From the NCBI GenBank assembly GCA_963736115.1, contig CAVTNR010000002.1, forward strand, positions 46,046 to 110,045: a stretch of 64,000 bases of DNA, read 5' to 3'. The translations under genes were made by a program, and so were the position numbers. The DNA is from an uncultured bacterium (GTDB lineage: Bacteria > Zhuqueibacterota > QNDG01 > DTFT01). Numbering within the stretch: position 1 is the first letter of the stretch; the number at the start of each line of letters is the position of its first letter. The notes under the pieces were generated by a model. It ran no database searches. It was not told where the DNA came from and was given only the letters and a program-made list of their open reading frames with translations. Of this stretch, positions 9,588 to 19,918 are shown in pieces.

Positions 9588-10650
9588 TCACCATTCACGC
9601 GTGATCCCCAGGGAAGCGATTGTTTTTCGGTAGTACAGGGCCCGGATCGGCGATTCGTTCCTGTAACGCGCGGCCCTCATCCGGCCGGTCCAACCGTTTC
9701 CGAAGCGGCGGGACAGATCCAGAAGGGCCTGGCTGTTCGTCTCATCCTCCGCGTCCGGCCGGATCCGGATGAGAGCCTCCAGGCCATCGGCGTACGTCTT
9801 CTTACGATGCGTCCAGAACGCGCGGACATTCAGGCCCCAGGGCAGCATTTTGCCGAACCCGACCTCGAAGAAAGGGATCCCGGAAGGAATAGCCGTAGCT
9901 GTTGGACCGGTTCCCCTGCATGGAAAACCGGCACATCCAAAGGGCGCACCAATAGGCTTCGATCGAAGCAGCGGTTTCCAATGTCCGATCCCTCTGACGC
10001 TTGTCCAGAAACCGCCATTCGAGTTCCGGAGATTCCAGCCCGGTGCGTCCGACCGCCCGCCTTTCGAATTCCAGGGACCTGGAACACGCCCGGAGCGACC
10101 ACTTGACCGACGGCAGGGGCGAGGATTCCACGGCCGCGCTCCATTCCGAGGAGCGGAAATCGAAGGCGCTGGACGGCGTGTAGTCGAAACCTCCCGCCGA
10201 CCATCCGAGCCGCACTACCGCGCGGCCGAAGAGGTTCATTCGGAAGAAGGGCGACGCGCTCCAGGCCGCGTATCCGCGGCCGTTCCGCATGAACGTTTTG
10301 GTCCTGCCCCGCAATTCCGCTCCGGTCGAAAACACCTTCCGGAATCCGGTCTCCGCGGACAGGCCCGCGGTGTGCACATGCCGGGTCTCGGACGGGTGCT
10401 CTGAGTACACGTCCGCGCCTGCCGAATAATCCGCGGACAGGGCCAGCCGACCGGCCGGCCGGACACGGCCTCCAATCTCCGCCCAGACCCGGCCGATCCG
10501 GTCCGGAACCGCGGCGCTGTCCGATTCGAAAACATTGGAGTCGCTGAGAACCGCAAGTGAAATTCTCGCCGCGCCCTGTCCGCCTGATGCGGGCAGAGCC
10601 GTCAGAACGAGCCACGCCGGAATGAAGACGAGGGCGGGAAGCCGTTTCAT
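9588..10650 (-). pseudogene. Outer-membrane beta-barrel-like protein, apparently split by a 1-nt frameshift (ORF 9802-10650 plus an open frame ending at 9588)
   Basis: Signal peptide 'MKRLPALVFIPAWLVLTALPASG'. The first frame ends at 9802 in a non-barrel-like tail. A second frame is open from ~9960 to 9588 and reads '...GIPFFEVGFGKMLPWGLNVRAFW...ALYYRKTIASLGITREW' (aromatic C-terminus). The switch point is in a C/G run at ~9879-9883. Confidence 0.55.
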
Positions 10651-10665
10651 CAGGGGGCCGGCCGC

Positions 10666-11667
10666 TCAGTCCGCCGCTTCCGCGGCCTTTTTCAGGAACC
10701 ATCGGGCCCTGGCCGCGAGGCTGTCCGCGCGTGCGGCCAGTCTGCGCTTGTATTTCTCCAGTCGATCGATGCGGGTGTTCAGGTCAGCAGGATCGTTTTC
10801 CACGCCGGCCCCTTCCGCAAGCCAGCCGGACGGCAGTTCCGGGCCGGCATTTTCTCCGTTCAAGCCGGGCGGCACGTCGATCAGATTGCCGCGAACATCG
10901 AATGTCCCCTCTTTTCCGACCATCCCGCCGGATTCCATGCGCCGGCCCAGCAGTTCGTCCTGCTCGTTGAACAACGCGAGTTCCCGCGACAGTTCGGCTA
11001 CGTTCCGCCGTACATCCCTTTCCTCGCGGAGCGACCGGATGCGGCCGTCGATTCTCAGCATTTCATCCTGCGCGGAATCAACCTCGTCCTGAAGCAGGTT
11101 CGCTTTCAGACGGATATCCTCCGGACTGTTCCACGGTTGAAGCCGCACCGGATCCGACTGCCGGACCGGCGCGGGTCCGGCCAGCAGGCGCGATTCCCAC
11201 GCCATTTTCCGTTTCAGCAGATCCTGCAGGACCGAGGCGAGTTCGCCTTTGCGCCTGCTGTCCGCGTTTTCCGCCTCTTCCCGGATTCCGGCAAGCGCCG
11301 CCTGAATCGCGCCGATCAACCGGCCCACGGCTTCATCACGCCTTTTCTGGCAGTCCGCCAGGTCTTTCCTCAGCCTGTTCATCTCTCCATCGAGCCGTTG
11401 GGAGGTCTGAAGCCATTTTTCCATCTGCCTGTGCTCTTTGGGGCTGAGCATTTCCTTTGAGCGGAGCAGATCCATCTGAGCGGCAACCGCTTCGCCGTCC
11501 TTCTGAATCCGGCTCCGGACGGACTGGAGTGAATCCAACGATTTTTCAATCGAGAGGCTCAGTTTTTCGAGGGATTCGAGGTCATCCGTGCCGGTAGGAC
11601 CGGATGCGTTCAGGGGATTCATCCATTGCAGAAAAAAGAGGAAGGTGATGGAATAGACTGTCTTCAT
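10666..11667 (-). CDS. Hypothetical secreted coiled-coil protein
   Basis: ATG 11667 overlaps the regulator stop (ATGA). Signal peptide '[23 protein letters not shown]'. Long Glu/Arg/Leu-rich heptad-like sequence with no catalytic motif. Confidence 0.75.
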   Translation of the reverse strand: MKTVYSITFLFFLQWMNPLNASGPTGTDDLESLEKLSLSIEKSLDSLQSVRSRIQKDGEAVAAQMDLLRSKEMLSPKEHRQMEKWLQTSQRLDGEMNRLRKDLADCQKRRDEAVGRLIGAIQAALAGIREEAENADSRRKGELASVLQDLLKRKMAWESRLLAGPAPVRQSDPVRLQPWNSPEDIRLKANLLQDEVDSAQDEMLRIDGRIRSLREERDVRRNVAELSRELALFNEQDELLGRRMESGGMVGKEGTFDVRGNLIDVPPGLNGENAGPELPSGWLAEGAGVENDPADLNTRIDRLEKYKRRLAARADSLAARARWFLKKAAEAAD

Positions 11668-13076
11668 GGCGGGCCCGATCCGGGACTAATCCCATATTTT
11701 TCAAGCTTATAATAGAGCGCGCTTTCCTTGATGTTCAGCAATTTGGCCGCTCTGGCCTTGACGCCGCCGGACAGGGTCATGGCTTTTTCAAGCAGTCGTT
11801 TTTCAACCGCTTCCAGCGTGGCGTCGAGATCCATGCCGTCTTTCGCAACATCCATGCCTTCGGGTCTGACTGCGAGAAAAGAAAGATTTTCCGAGCCGAT
11901 CCGGTTGTTATCCGAAAGCACCAGCGCCCGTTCCAGAACGTTTTCCAGTTCCCGCACATTGCCCGGCCAATCGTACGATTCGAGAATGCGGATGCCTTCC
12001 TCGGAGAGAGAGGCTCCGGGCTTCCGCATTTCCGAGGACAGCTTGCGTATAAAATGATCGGCCAGAAGCCGGATGTCCTCCCGCCTTTCCCGGAGCGGCG
12101 GAAGATGGACGGGCAGGATGTGCAGTCGGTAGAACAGGTCCTCGCGGAAACGGCCGGTGCGCGCCTCGGCCTGCAGGTCCCGGTGCGTCGCCGCGATGAT
12201 GCGTACATCGACGTGAATCGTTTCCTCTCCGCCCACCCGCTCGAATTCGCGTTCCTGCAGGACGCGGAGCAGTTTGACCTGGGTGGAGGGCGAGATGTCC
12301 CCGATCTCGTCCAGGAAGAGCGTGCCCCCGTCCGCAAGCTCGAACCGGCCCCGCTTCTGGCGGATCGCGCCCGTGAATGCGCCTTTCTCGTGGCCGAACA
12401 GCTCGCTTTCCAGAACGCCCTCGGCCAGCGCGCCGCACGCCACGCGGATGAAGGGTCCCGCGCTCCGGCCGCTTCTCTCGTGAACGGCCTGCGCCACCAG
12501 TTCCTTGCCGGTTCCGCTCTCGCCGAAAATCAGGACGGAACTGTCGCTGGACGCGATTTTCCGGATGTCCGCGAAAACGGCATTCATGCACTCCGACCGG
12601 CCCACGATTCCCTTCTCGCCCACCCGGCCGACGAATTCATCACGCAGGTACAGGTTCTCGTCCGCCAGACGCGAGGCGGCCCGGCGCTCCGACACCAGCC
12701 GGAATACGCGGTCCGCCTTGAGCTTCAGGGCGTCTCCGGAGAACGGCTTCGGCAGGAAGTCCCACGCGCCGGCCTTCATGGCCTCCACCGCGAGATCCAC
12801 CGTGCCGAAGGCGGTGGCCATCATCACTTCGGTTTCCGGCCGCAGACCTTTGATCCGGTTGAGAAGCGCCAGGCCGTCCATTCCGGCCATGCGGAAATCC
12901 GTAATCACCAGGTCCGCGGGTCTCTCCTCGAAAATCCGGAGAGCCGCGGCCCCGTCTGATTCGGCCCGCACGTCATAGCCTTCCTTCTCGAGAACGGCCG
13001 TCATGCCCTCGCGGAGCGTCTCATTGTCCTCGACGACGAGGATGCGGAATGCGGTGCGGTTGGAAGAGTCTGGCAT
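11664..13076 (-). CDS. Sigma54-dependent response regulator (NtrC-family enhancer-binding protein)
   Basis: REC 'ILVVEDN...[14 protein letters not shown]'. Walker A 'GESGTGKE'. Sigma54-contact 'GAFTGA'. Fis-type HTH '[21 protein letters not shown]'. ATG 13076 is preferred because the tracked start 13118 lies inside the GTTCATG repeat. Confidence 0.9.
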   Translation of the reverse strand: MPDSSNRTAFRILVVEDNETLREGMTAVLEKEGYDVRAESDGAAALRIFEERPADLVITDFRMAGMDGLALLNRIKGLRPETEVMMATAFGTVDLAVEAMKAGAWDFLPKPFSGDALKLKADRVFRLVSERRAASRLADENLYLRDEFVGRVGEKGIVGRSECMNAVFADIRKIASSDSSVLIFGESGTGKELVAQAVHERSGRSAGPFIRVACGALAEGVLESELFGHEKGAFTGAIRQKRGRFELADGGTLFLDEIGDISPSTQVKLLRVLQEREFERVGGEETIHVDVRIIAATHRDLQAEARTGRFREDLFYRLHILPVHLPPLRERREDIRLLADHFIRKLSSEMRKPGASLSEEGIRILESYDWPGNVRELENVLERALVLSDNNRIGSENLSFLAVRPEGMDVAKDGMDLDATLEAVEKRLLEKAMTLSGGVKARAAKLLNIKESALYYKLEKYGISPGSGPP

Positions 13077-13112
13077 GGAAGCGGTCTCTGTTTGGTTGGG
13101 ACGGATCAGAAA

Positions 13113-13210
13113 GTTCATGGTTCATGGTTCATGGTTCATAGAAAAAAGTAATTAGGGAATCTTCAATCATTACTTATTTTTCTATGAACTATGAACTATC
13201 AACCATGAAC
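13113..13210. repeat. Long imperfect inverted repeat built from GTTCATG heptamers (family C)
   Basis: GTTCATGGTTCATGGTTCATAGAAAAAAGTAATT ... ATTACTTATTTTTCTATGAACTATGAACTATCAACCATGAAC. The loop contains GAATCTTCAAT. Confidence 0.85.
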
Positions 13211-13408
13211 CGTTTTTGAGCCCTTCTCACTCTCCAGCGCGAACACGGTTCCTTCGGGACCGGTCCGGACAAGGGAGGCGGACCTCGCCGGGGAAGGAGT
13301 GACTCATATGATTCTCAGTAAATTGCATTCCTTCGGCGGCTGTCCGCGGACGGGATGATGGATAATATAACTAAAAAATGGGGAAAAATACAGAGGAAGG
13401 AAGAGAAA

Positions 13409-13494
13409 GGTTCATGGTTCATAGAAAAAAAACAATTTGGAAAAATTTGATCATGACGTTTATAACTATGAACCATGAACTATCATCAATGAAC
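13409..13494. repeat. Second family C inverted repeat (likely also the terminator of the FGE-family gene)
   Basis: GGTTCATGGTTCATAG (13409-13424) pairs with CTATGAACCATGAAC (13466-13480) across an AT-rich loop. Confidence 0.8.
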
Positions 13495-13500
13495 TTGTCT

Positions 13501-14334
13501 TCACCCGTCGCGCGCGCAGCGGAATCCATTGTGTGAGATGCCGTGATAATCGCCTTTACCGGTGCAACGGAAATCGTTGGTGCAATGAATGGCCGCGCTC
13601 AGCCAGCAGCCGCCTCGATAAATGCGATAACTGCCTTCAGCCGGTCCCTCCGGATCGGTCTGCAGCGTGCTGTCGTAAGGGGCGTCCCAGTCCGAACACC
13701 ATTCCCAGACGTTCCCGGTCATGTCGTACAGACCCAGTTCGTTCCGCATCAGCGATCCGATCGGATGCGTCCGGTTCTCCGAGTTCTTGTCGTACCATCC
13801 CACCTGGGCGATCGAATCGCTTCCGCTGAAAGCCGTCCCTCTCGACCGGTTACCGCCCCTTGCCGCGAATTCCCACTCGGCTTCCGTCGGAAGCCGCATG
13901 CCGTAAAACCCGCAGAACGCGTCGGCGCCTTCCCACGTGATGTTCAGGGCCGGATGATTCTCCAAACCCGGCACCGGAGCCCAGCCGCCCCCGGTTTTCT
14001 GAACCCCCCAGGGGTGCGAAAACACAAGCACGGCCCCGCGGTGCGGTCCCGTTTTCACCGTGTCGCTTCCGTATTCGAAGAGGAATCCGGCGAACTCGGC
14101 GTTGGTCACCTCCGTCCTGGAGATGAGGAAATCGGAGAGTGTCACGGTGTGCCGGCGGTCATTCCCCTTCTCGGCCGAGCCCATCTGAAACGTTCCCCCC
14201 TGAATTTGGATCAATGCCATGCCCGGGGGCTGGCGTTCCGGTTCGACGGCCGATTTCCGAATGCAGGCGGAAGCGAGAAGCACGGCAGCCGGCAGGAGCA
14301 GCCGGGGCCATTGGAGCGAACGTGAAGTGGTCAT
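13501..14334 (-). CDS. Formylglycine-generating enzyme (SUMF1/FGE-sulfatase) family protein, lipoprotein-type signal
   Basis: '...LLASAC' signal. 'GGTFQMGS', 'WEWCSDW', 'RGGCW', 'GFRCARD'. AGGAAG RBS. Confidence 0.85.
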   Translation of the reverse strand: MTTSRSLQWPRLLLPAAVLLASACIRKSAVEPERQPPGMALIQIQGGTFQMGSAEKGNDRRHTVTLSDFLISRTEVTNAEFAGFLFEYGSDTVKTGPHRGAVLVFSHPWGVQKTGGGWAPVPGLENHPALNITWEGADAFCGFYGMRLPTEAEWEFAARGGNRSRGTAFSGSDSIAQVGWYDKNSENRTHPIGSLMRNELGLYDMTGNVWEWCSDWDAPYDSTLQTDPEGPAEGSYRIYRGGCWLSAAIHCTNDFRCTGKGDYHGISHNGFRCARDG

Positions 14335-14491
14335 TCATCTTCCTTTCGGCGTGAGTCGGTGCGGAATCGATCGTCACTCGAAACGAACGGCGGCATCCCG
14401 CTGCCGGTCCGCATGGGTCCTGTGCAGGTTCCAGGCCCGCGGGAGGACGCGTCTCCGCGCGTGCTCCCGTGTCTGTTTCCCGGCGGAAGCG

Positions 14492-16682
14492 TCACCGGAT
14501 CAGAGCGACCTTGAGCGCATCGCGGCCGGATCCGCCGGTCACTTCGATCACGTAGATGCCTCCGGCGGCGGGACGACCTCCGTCGTCCGCACCGTCCCAG
14601 AACCAGGCGGCTTCGTGCCCTCCCGGCGCCGGCGGATCGATCGCGTCGAGGCGGATTCTACGGCCGAGCGCGTTGAAAACCCGCACGCGGAGAAAACTGG
14701 CCTCATCCCGGGATCCGCCCTGAAAACGGACTTTCAACCGGACCCCGCCGTTGGACGGATTCGGATGCGCCCCGAGAATGCGCAGGCTCCCGGCCGCGTG
14801 AATCTCCGCCGTCCCATCGACCCGGGTCTCGATGGAAGCCACCAGCACGGCTCCGAATTCGGCGGAAAAGGCCCTGCCTCTCCGTTCGAAGGACGAAACG
14901 CAAATACCCGCCTTCGGCTGGGTCGTGAATTTCATCTCCGCGGTCCGGAGGATATCCCGCCACGTCAAACCGTCCTCCGAGCTGGAAAGCCTGACCCGGT
15001 CACCCCTTCTCTCCACGCGCACGCGGAGCGGAGGGTTCAGGGAGTCCCCATACACGGAAAAAATGGTTTTCCCGTTCGGGATTTTCCGAACGTGCGTGAT
15101 GAGCTGCCCCGAACGGGTCAGAAAAACGGAGAAGTGGGGGCTTCCCGGATCGAGCGTCTCCCGGATCATCAGGCCGGCCTTGCTGTCCGGATGCAGGCGC
15201 CTGCAGGCCGGCGATCATCGCTTCGATGCGAAAATCCCCTTCCGTGTCCCGGTAGGCGAACGTGCAGGCGTCCGCGGTGTCGTGCACGTCGCTCGCATGT
15301 CCTGATAGAATCAGGCCCGGGTCGTTCTCGATGAAGGACCCCGGATCGGGGACGTCGCCGATGTCGTCCCACATCCAGGCCTCCCTCCGGAACGGCCACC
15401 GGCTTCCGCTTCCGACGGGATTCGAACGGGAGGATGCGTCCCTGAGGTCCGTCACCGTCAGGATGCAGGATTCCTGCGGCTCCAGCGGCGGCAGGGAGAG
15501 AACGGCCGACCGGCAGCCCGGGCCCGGATCGGCGGACAGGACGGTCCGTTCCGGCAGAACGCCGAAGTTCCGGGCGTCCCCGAGTCCGCTGCGCTCCATC
15601 GGTTCGCTGAACCGGATGCGCACCCGCGATGCAAGATCCGATGTCTCTATGACGTGAACGGACGTGATCCGTGGCCGTGCGGTGTCGGCCGGGGTCGTCA
15701 CGACCAGGCGCGGATTGTCCTGAGATTCATCGAGGCGGTAATCAACGGCGCGTATTTCATACACGTGCCGCGCTGCATCCGCGAGACCCGCGTCCACGGC
15801 CTCTGTTGTATCCGTCTCCAGAATTTTAAGTCCGTCCCGCATCACCCGGTAGAACCAAGTTTCCGGATCCGAAATCACCGGATTCCATGTCAGACGGACC
15901 GAATGGTCCGTGAGATCGGCGGATGCCGGATTCCCAGGAGACGGAGGCCCGGTAGCCGGTTTTCCCCGGAGCGTCTGGCTGAACAGCCATTTCGGCAGAT
16001 CGGGCGTGTGATACGCCTGATCCCCGATGTTGTGCCCTGTTCCCGGGTATTCCGTGTACAGGACCCGAACGGATCCCAGCCGGAGCAGGGCGTCGACCAT
16101 TTCCCTCGCGCGGTCCACCCACACGGTGGCGTCGGCTTCACCGTGAAAGACCCAGACCGGCAGGTGGATGATGCGGTCCGCCCGCTCCGGATCGGACCAG
16201 CCGCTGATCGGCACGGCCGCGGCCACGCGTTCGGGATGGTCTATTGCGAAGGTCCAGGCTCCCCCGCCCCCGAGCGAGGCGCCCGTCACGTAGACGCGGT
16301 CCGTATCAATCGGAAGCGTCCGGACAAGGGAGTCCACCAGCGCCCACGTCAGGGACTCGGCATCCTTCTCCCAGCGCCCCCCGCTGATCTGCGGAACCAG
16401 GACAAAACAGGGTCGGAGGGCCTGGTTTTCCGGCTCTGCCCAGATTCGGGCTCCGGATTCCAGGTTTTTAACGTTGTCCAGACCCAGGCCGCCCGAGCCG
16501 TGCAGGTAGAGGATCAGGGGATAAACAGAATCCGCATCCGAAACGGAGGGGGTGAACAGGCGGTACGGCATGTCGAATCCGTACCCGGTTCCCGAAAAAA
16601 TCCCGGACCCGAAATCGTCCGGACCCGCGGACGCGGACAGGAACGGGAGAAGAAGAAGGGATCCGAACGCGAGAATTCTCAT
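14492..16682 (-). pseudogene. Secreted alpha/beta-hydrolase (esterase) - FN3/Ig-like - concanavalin-like lectin - T9SS CTD protein, interrupted by one frameshift
   Basis: ATG 16682 with GGAG RBS and a signal peptide. 'LHGSGG' and the nucleophile elbow 'GASLGG'. The ORF ending at 15000 reads '...FAYRDTEGDFRIEAMIAGLQAPASGQ'. The other frame (ORF 14492-15169) continues 'KAGLMIRETLDPGSPHFSVFLT...' within the same lectin-like domain and ends in the CTD '...GGIYVIEVTGG..ALKVALIR'. The switch is at ~15181. Confidence 0.8.
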
Positions 16683-16901
16683 TTCCGGCTCCTGGCAGGA
16701 GTTCAAACGCCCGGACGCATCCGGGAGGCACGGAGAATATAATCAACGGAGTGCGGAAAATCGTCCTGAATCATGAAGTAGTACGTTGAACCTTGAGGGG
16801 GGTTATCCGGAACAGCGTGCGGTCCGGACGTATCGGGCGGGTGTCATTCCCGTCTGCTCTATGAACACCCGATTAGAGGAGGACTTCGAGTTGTGTCAGG
16901 G

Positions 16902-18398
16902 TCATCGGATCGATCTCCGGCTCTCGGGTTCCGGCCGTTCCTCTCTCTCCAGATCCAGGACGAAGACCGTGCCGTCCGGTCCTGAACGGAGGAGGGAAAC
17001 GCCGCCGCCATTCGCCTCGGCAAGCTGTCGGACGATGGAGAGCCCCAGTCCGGTTCCCTTCTCACGCGTGGTGAAGAAGGGGCTGAACACGGACGAACGG
17101 ATTTCCTCCGGAATCCCCGGGCCCGTGTCCGTGAACCGGATGGCGATCCGGTTCCCTTCAGGCCCGGCCTCCACGGAGAGACGGCCTCCGCCGGGCATCG
17201 CCTGGACCGCGTTGCGCATCAGGTTCAGGCTGATGCGCTTGAGGTGGCTGGGATCGCAGAGGATCATGGCGCTTTCGGTGACGCCTTCAGTCGACAGGAC
17301 GATCGCGCTTTTCCGGAATTCGGACTCGAGCAGGCCCGCGGCCTCGAGGACGACCGGAAGCACCGCGCAGGCCGTCCGGTGCGGCTCATCCGGACGCGCG
17401 TATTCCAGGAAACGGTCCACGATGTCCCGGAGATACCGGACTTCCTTGGCGATTTTTCCCACATGTTTCGCCGCGTCCGGATTCGCGGATGTTTCGTCCG
17501 CGAGCAAGCCCGCGAACAGTTCGATGCCGCCGAGCGGGTTCCGGATCTCATGGGCCACGCCGGCCACCATGGCCTTCAGCTCACGTTCACGCTCGACCAC
17601 CCTGCGGCGCATGGATTCCATGGTGCTGGCCAGCCGCCCGATCTCCCCGCCCCCGGCGGCCGGAATCGGATCGTCGTACCGGCCCTCGCCGATCCGTTCG
17701 GAGGCGCGAACGAGTCCCCCGACCGGACGTGTGATGCTTTTGGCGAGAAAAAAAGCCAGCAGTCCGGTGGCCGCTGCGCCGGCGGCCGCGATCTGAAAAA
17801 GCCGTCTGCGGAGGGTGTCGACCGCGCCGAGGAATTCGGCGCTGCCGTCCACACCGACTCCCCCGACCACCCGGTCATCCCGGATCAGGGGCGCGAAACC
17901 CGTCATGGTCGGCCGCCCGTCGATGCCGTGGAACAGAATCGTATGCGACCGCTCCCGCCTGCCGAGTCCGGCTGTTTCGTCCCGGTGAAAGCGGAGCGCA
18001 AACAGCTCATCCCCCGGAGCGGAGCCCTCACGCGTATCGAGGAGCACCCGGTTCATTCCGTCGAACAAGACGACGCGCTCGGCTCCGGTCAGGTCCCGGA
18101 AATGCCCGAGCTTGCCGCGGAAATATTCCAGTGTCCTGGGACCCGGTGAAGCGAGCAGGTAGCCGATTTCCTCGGGATCGAACGCCGCGGCCGCCGCTCC
18201 CGCGACCGACTCGAGCTTACGCCCCAGCTCGTCCTCCAGCGCGCGCCGGACGGTCCACTGCACGGACAGTCCGCCCAGGGCCAGCACGGCGATCAGCAGA
18301 CCGGCAAAAAACAGGATCAGACGGACATGCAGACGGCTGAAGAAGGGGATGGAGCGGCCGTCCGCCGCAGGATCCGGATGATGCGGTTTCCGGTTCAC
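16902..18398 (-). CDS. Sensor histidine kinase (2 TM, HAMP, HisKA, HATPase_c)
   Basis: GTG 18398 overlaps the stop of the upstream dipeptidase gene (GTGA). TM 'LILFFAGLLIAVLALGGL'. H-box 'AHEIRNPLGGI'. 'DTGPGIPEE', 'GTGLGLSIV'. The tracked longer ORF would overlap the neighbour by ~170 nt. Confidence 0.85.
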   Translation of the reverse strand: MNRKPHHPDPAADGRSIPFFSRLHVRLILFFAGLLIAVLALGGLSVQWTVRRALEDELGRKLESVAGAAAAAFDPEEIGYLLASPGPRTLEYFRGKLGHFRDLTGAERVVLFDGMNRVLLDTREGSAPGDELFALRFHRDETAGLGRRERSHTILFHGIDGRPTMTGFAPLIRDDRVVGGVGVDGSAEFLGAVDTLRRRLFQIAAAGAAATGLLAFFLAKSITRPVGGLVRASERIGEGRYDDPIPAAGGGEIGRLASTMESMRRRVVERERELKAMVAGVAHEIRNPLGGIELFAGLLADETSANPDAAKHVGKIAKEVRYLRDIVDRFLEYARPDEPHRTACAVLPVVLEAAGLLESEFRKSAIVLSTEGVTESAMILCDPSHLKRISLNLMRNAVQAMPGGGRLSVEAGPEGNRIAIRFTDTGPGIPEEIRSSVFSPFFTTREKGTGLGLSIVRQLAEANGGGVSLLRSGPDGTVFVLDLEREERPEPESRRSIR

Positions 18399-19918
18399 GG
18401 CTCGGGCGGGCGCCTGAGGCGCAGGATGGGTTCCATGGCGAGTGAATCGACTTGATGCGTGAGAAAGCGGACTGCTTCGTCGGGTTTCTTTCCAAACAGC
18501 GACACGGCATTTTTTTCGATCCGGTCGGCTTCCGCGAACATTTGTTCTTCGACGGCCGCGCGCCATTCCGCGGCTCCGCCGATGAGACGGAAATAATCCC
18601 GGTCAATGCGGTCCACGTTTCTTTTCAGAATCCAGAACGCGGACGAATCGTCCGGCGTGAACGTCCCCGGAAGCGGATTGAAGTGGCGGACAAAGGCTTC
18701 TTCTGCTGATTCGGATTCGGATTTGAATTCATATTCGGATGCGGACCCTGACCAGGCGTGAAACGCCTCCGGCGTGCGTTCGATGCAGGCATACCAGGGT
18801 GTATAGGGTGTGACGTCCGGCCTTCCGAAAGCCGTCCAAATTTTAGCCGTCATCGGATACGGAACGTCGGCGCGAAGCTCGGCGACCGTCGAGAAAAGCG
18901 TCACGGAATGGCAGATGGTCCGTTCACCTCCGCCATGTGGCGTCCTTCCCTCTCCTTCGGGAACGGCGTAGGGAGTGCCTTCATAATGGTCCCGCAGGAC
19001 AGCCATCACGTCCTGCAACCGGATCTTCCTTCCGGGCTTCATGGAAAACGGAAGTCCTTCGCGTTCGGCCTCCTTTTCCGGAATCGGGTGGCCGGTGAGA
19101 AGGGACAGGCCGCGCCATTGCCTCAGGCTGAAGTTGCGCGGCTTCAGCGCCTCCGGATCGGATGAAGCGGCCCGATACGCCCGGCTGAAATCAAAGGGTC
19201 CGTCCGTATTGGGCGACCACCACCCTGCGGACCGGGCGTATGCCATGGGATCCTCGGACGAAAGCATGAAATTTTTCCTGTCACCGTCGGACACGCCGCG
19301 AACGACATAGGTGTTGGGAAGGACGACCACGGCGTCATCCGGGACGCGCTGTGCGACCCAGTGTTTCCCGGCGGCTATGGACAGGAGCCACCCTTCTTTC
19401 GAATCGCAGATCACGAGAGTCCGACCGGATGACGGATAACCGAAGCGGTCCAGGAGTTCTCCGGCGATCCGCACTCCTTCGACAGCCGTTTTCGCGCGTT
19501 CGGCCACCACGCGCCTGAGGGGCCAGCCGGCGCCGCCTTCCGTAAGAACAGGATTCTGTTCGCGGGACGGGCAGGCGTCGCTGGCTACGGTCACGCCCCA
19601 TTCGTTGCAGTACAGATCGGAATATTTCAGTCCATCGACCTGGAACCACAGCATGGCCCAGGTCTCGGCGGCCTGAGGAATTTCGGCTCCGCCAAGGAAC
19701 CGGACCGTCTCTTCCGGGCCGTGCCGGAGACGCGGGACTTTCCAGACATGAACCACACGGTCCCCAAAGTCGTCCTCGTTGTGGCCGAAGAGGACGGCGC
19801 CGGTCGCGGAAGCCTTGCGGCCTACGACCACGGACGTGCAGGCGTCCAGCGACTGAACCGCGAAAGCCGCCGCAAAGACGGCTGCGGAGATAAGGCGGAA
19901 AATCAGTTCTTTTCGCAT
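18395..19918 (-). CDS. C69 (U34) family dipeptidase, secreted
   Basis: Signal peptide, then 'LDACTSVVVGRKASATGAVLFGHNEDD' (N-terminal Cys nucleophile context). Confidence 0.85.
   Translation of the reverse strand: MRKELIFRLISAAVFAAAFAVQSLDACTSVVVGRKASATGAVLFGHNEDDFGDRVVHVWKVPRLRHGPEETVRFLGGAEIPQAAETWAMLWFQVDGLKYSDLYCNEWGVTVASDACPSREQNPVLTEGGAGWPLRRVVAERAKTAVEGVRIAGELLDRFGYPSSGRTLVICDSKEGWLLSIAAGKHWVAQRVPDDAVVVLPNTYVVRGVSDGDRKNFMLSSEDPMAYARSAGWWSPNTDGPFDFSRAYRAASSDPEALKPRNFSLRQWRGLSLLTGHPIPEKEAEREGLPFSMKPGRKIRLQDVMAVLRDHYEGTPYAVPEGEGRTPHGGGERTICHSVTLFSTVAELRADVPYPMTAKIWTAFGRPDVTPYTPWYACIERTPEAFHAWSGSASEYEFKSESESAEEAFVRHFNPLPGTFTPDDSSAFWILKRNVDRIDRDYFRLIGGAAEWRAAVEEQMFAEADRIEKNAVSLFGKKPDEAVRFLTHQVDSLAMEPILRLRRPPEP

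Noticed and set aside
13308-13358. 16-codon mini-ORF (MILSKLHSFGGCPRTG) with a good AAGGAG RBS between the family C palindromes.
   Set aside because: It is too short to evaluate without conservation or expression data, and no adjacent gene on that strand could be regulated by it. It is kept only as a note.
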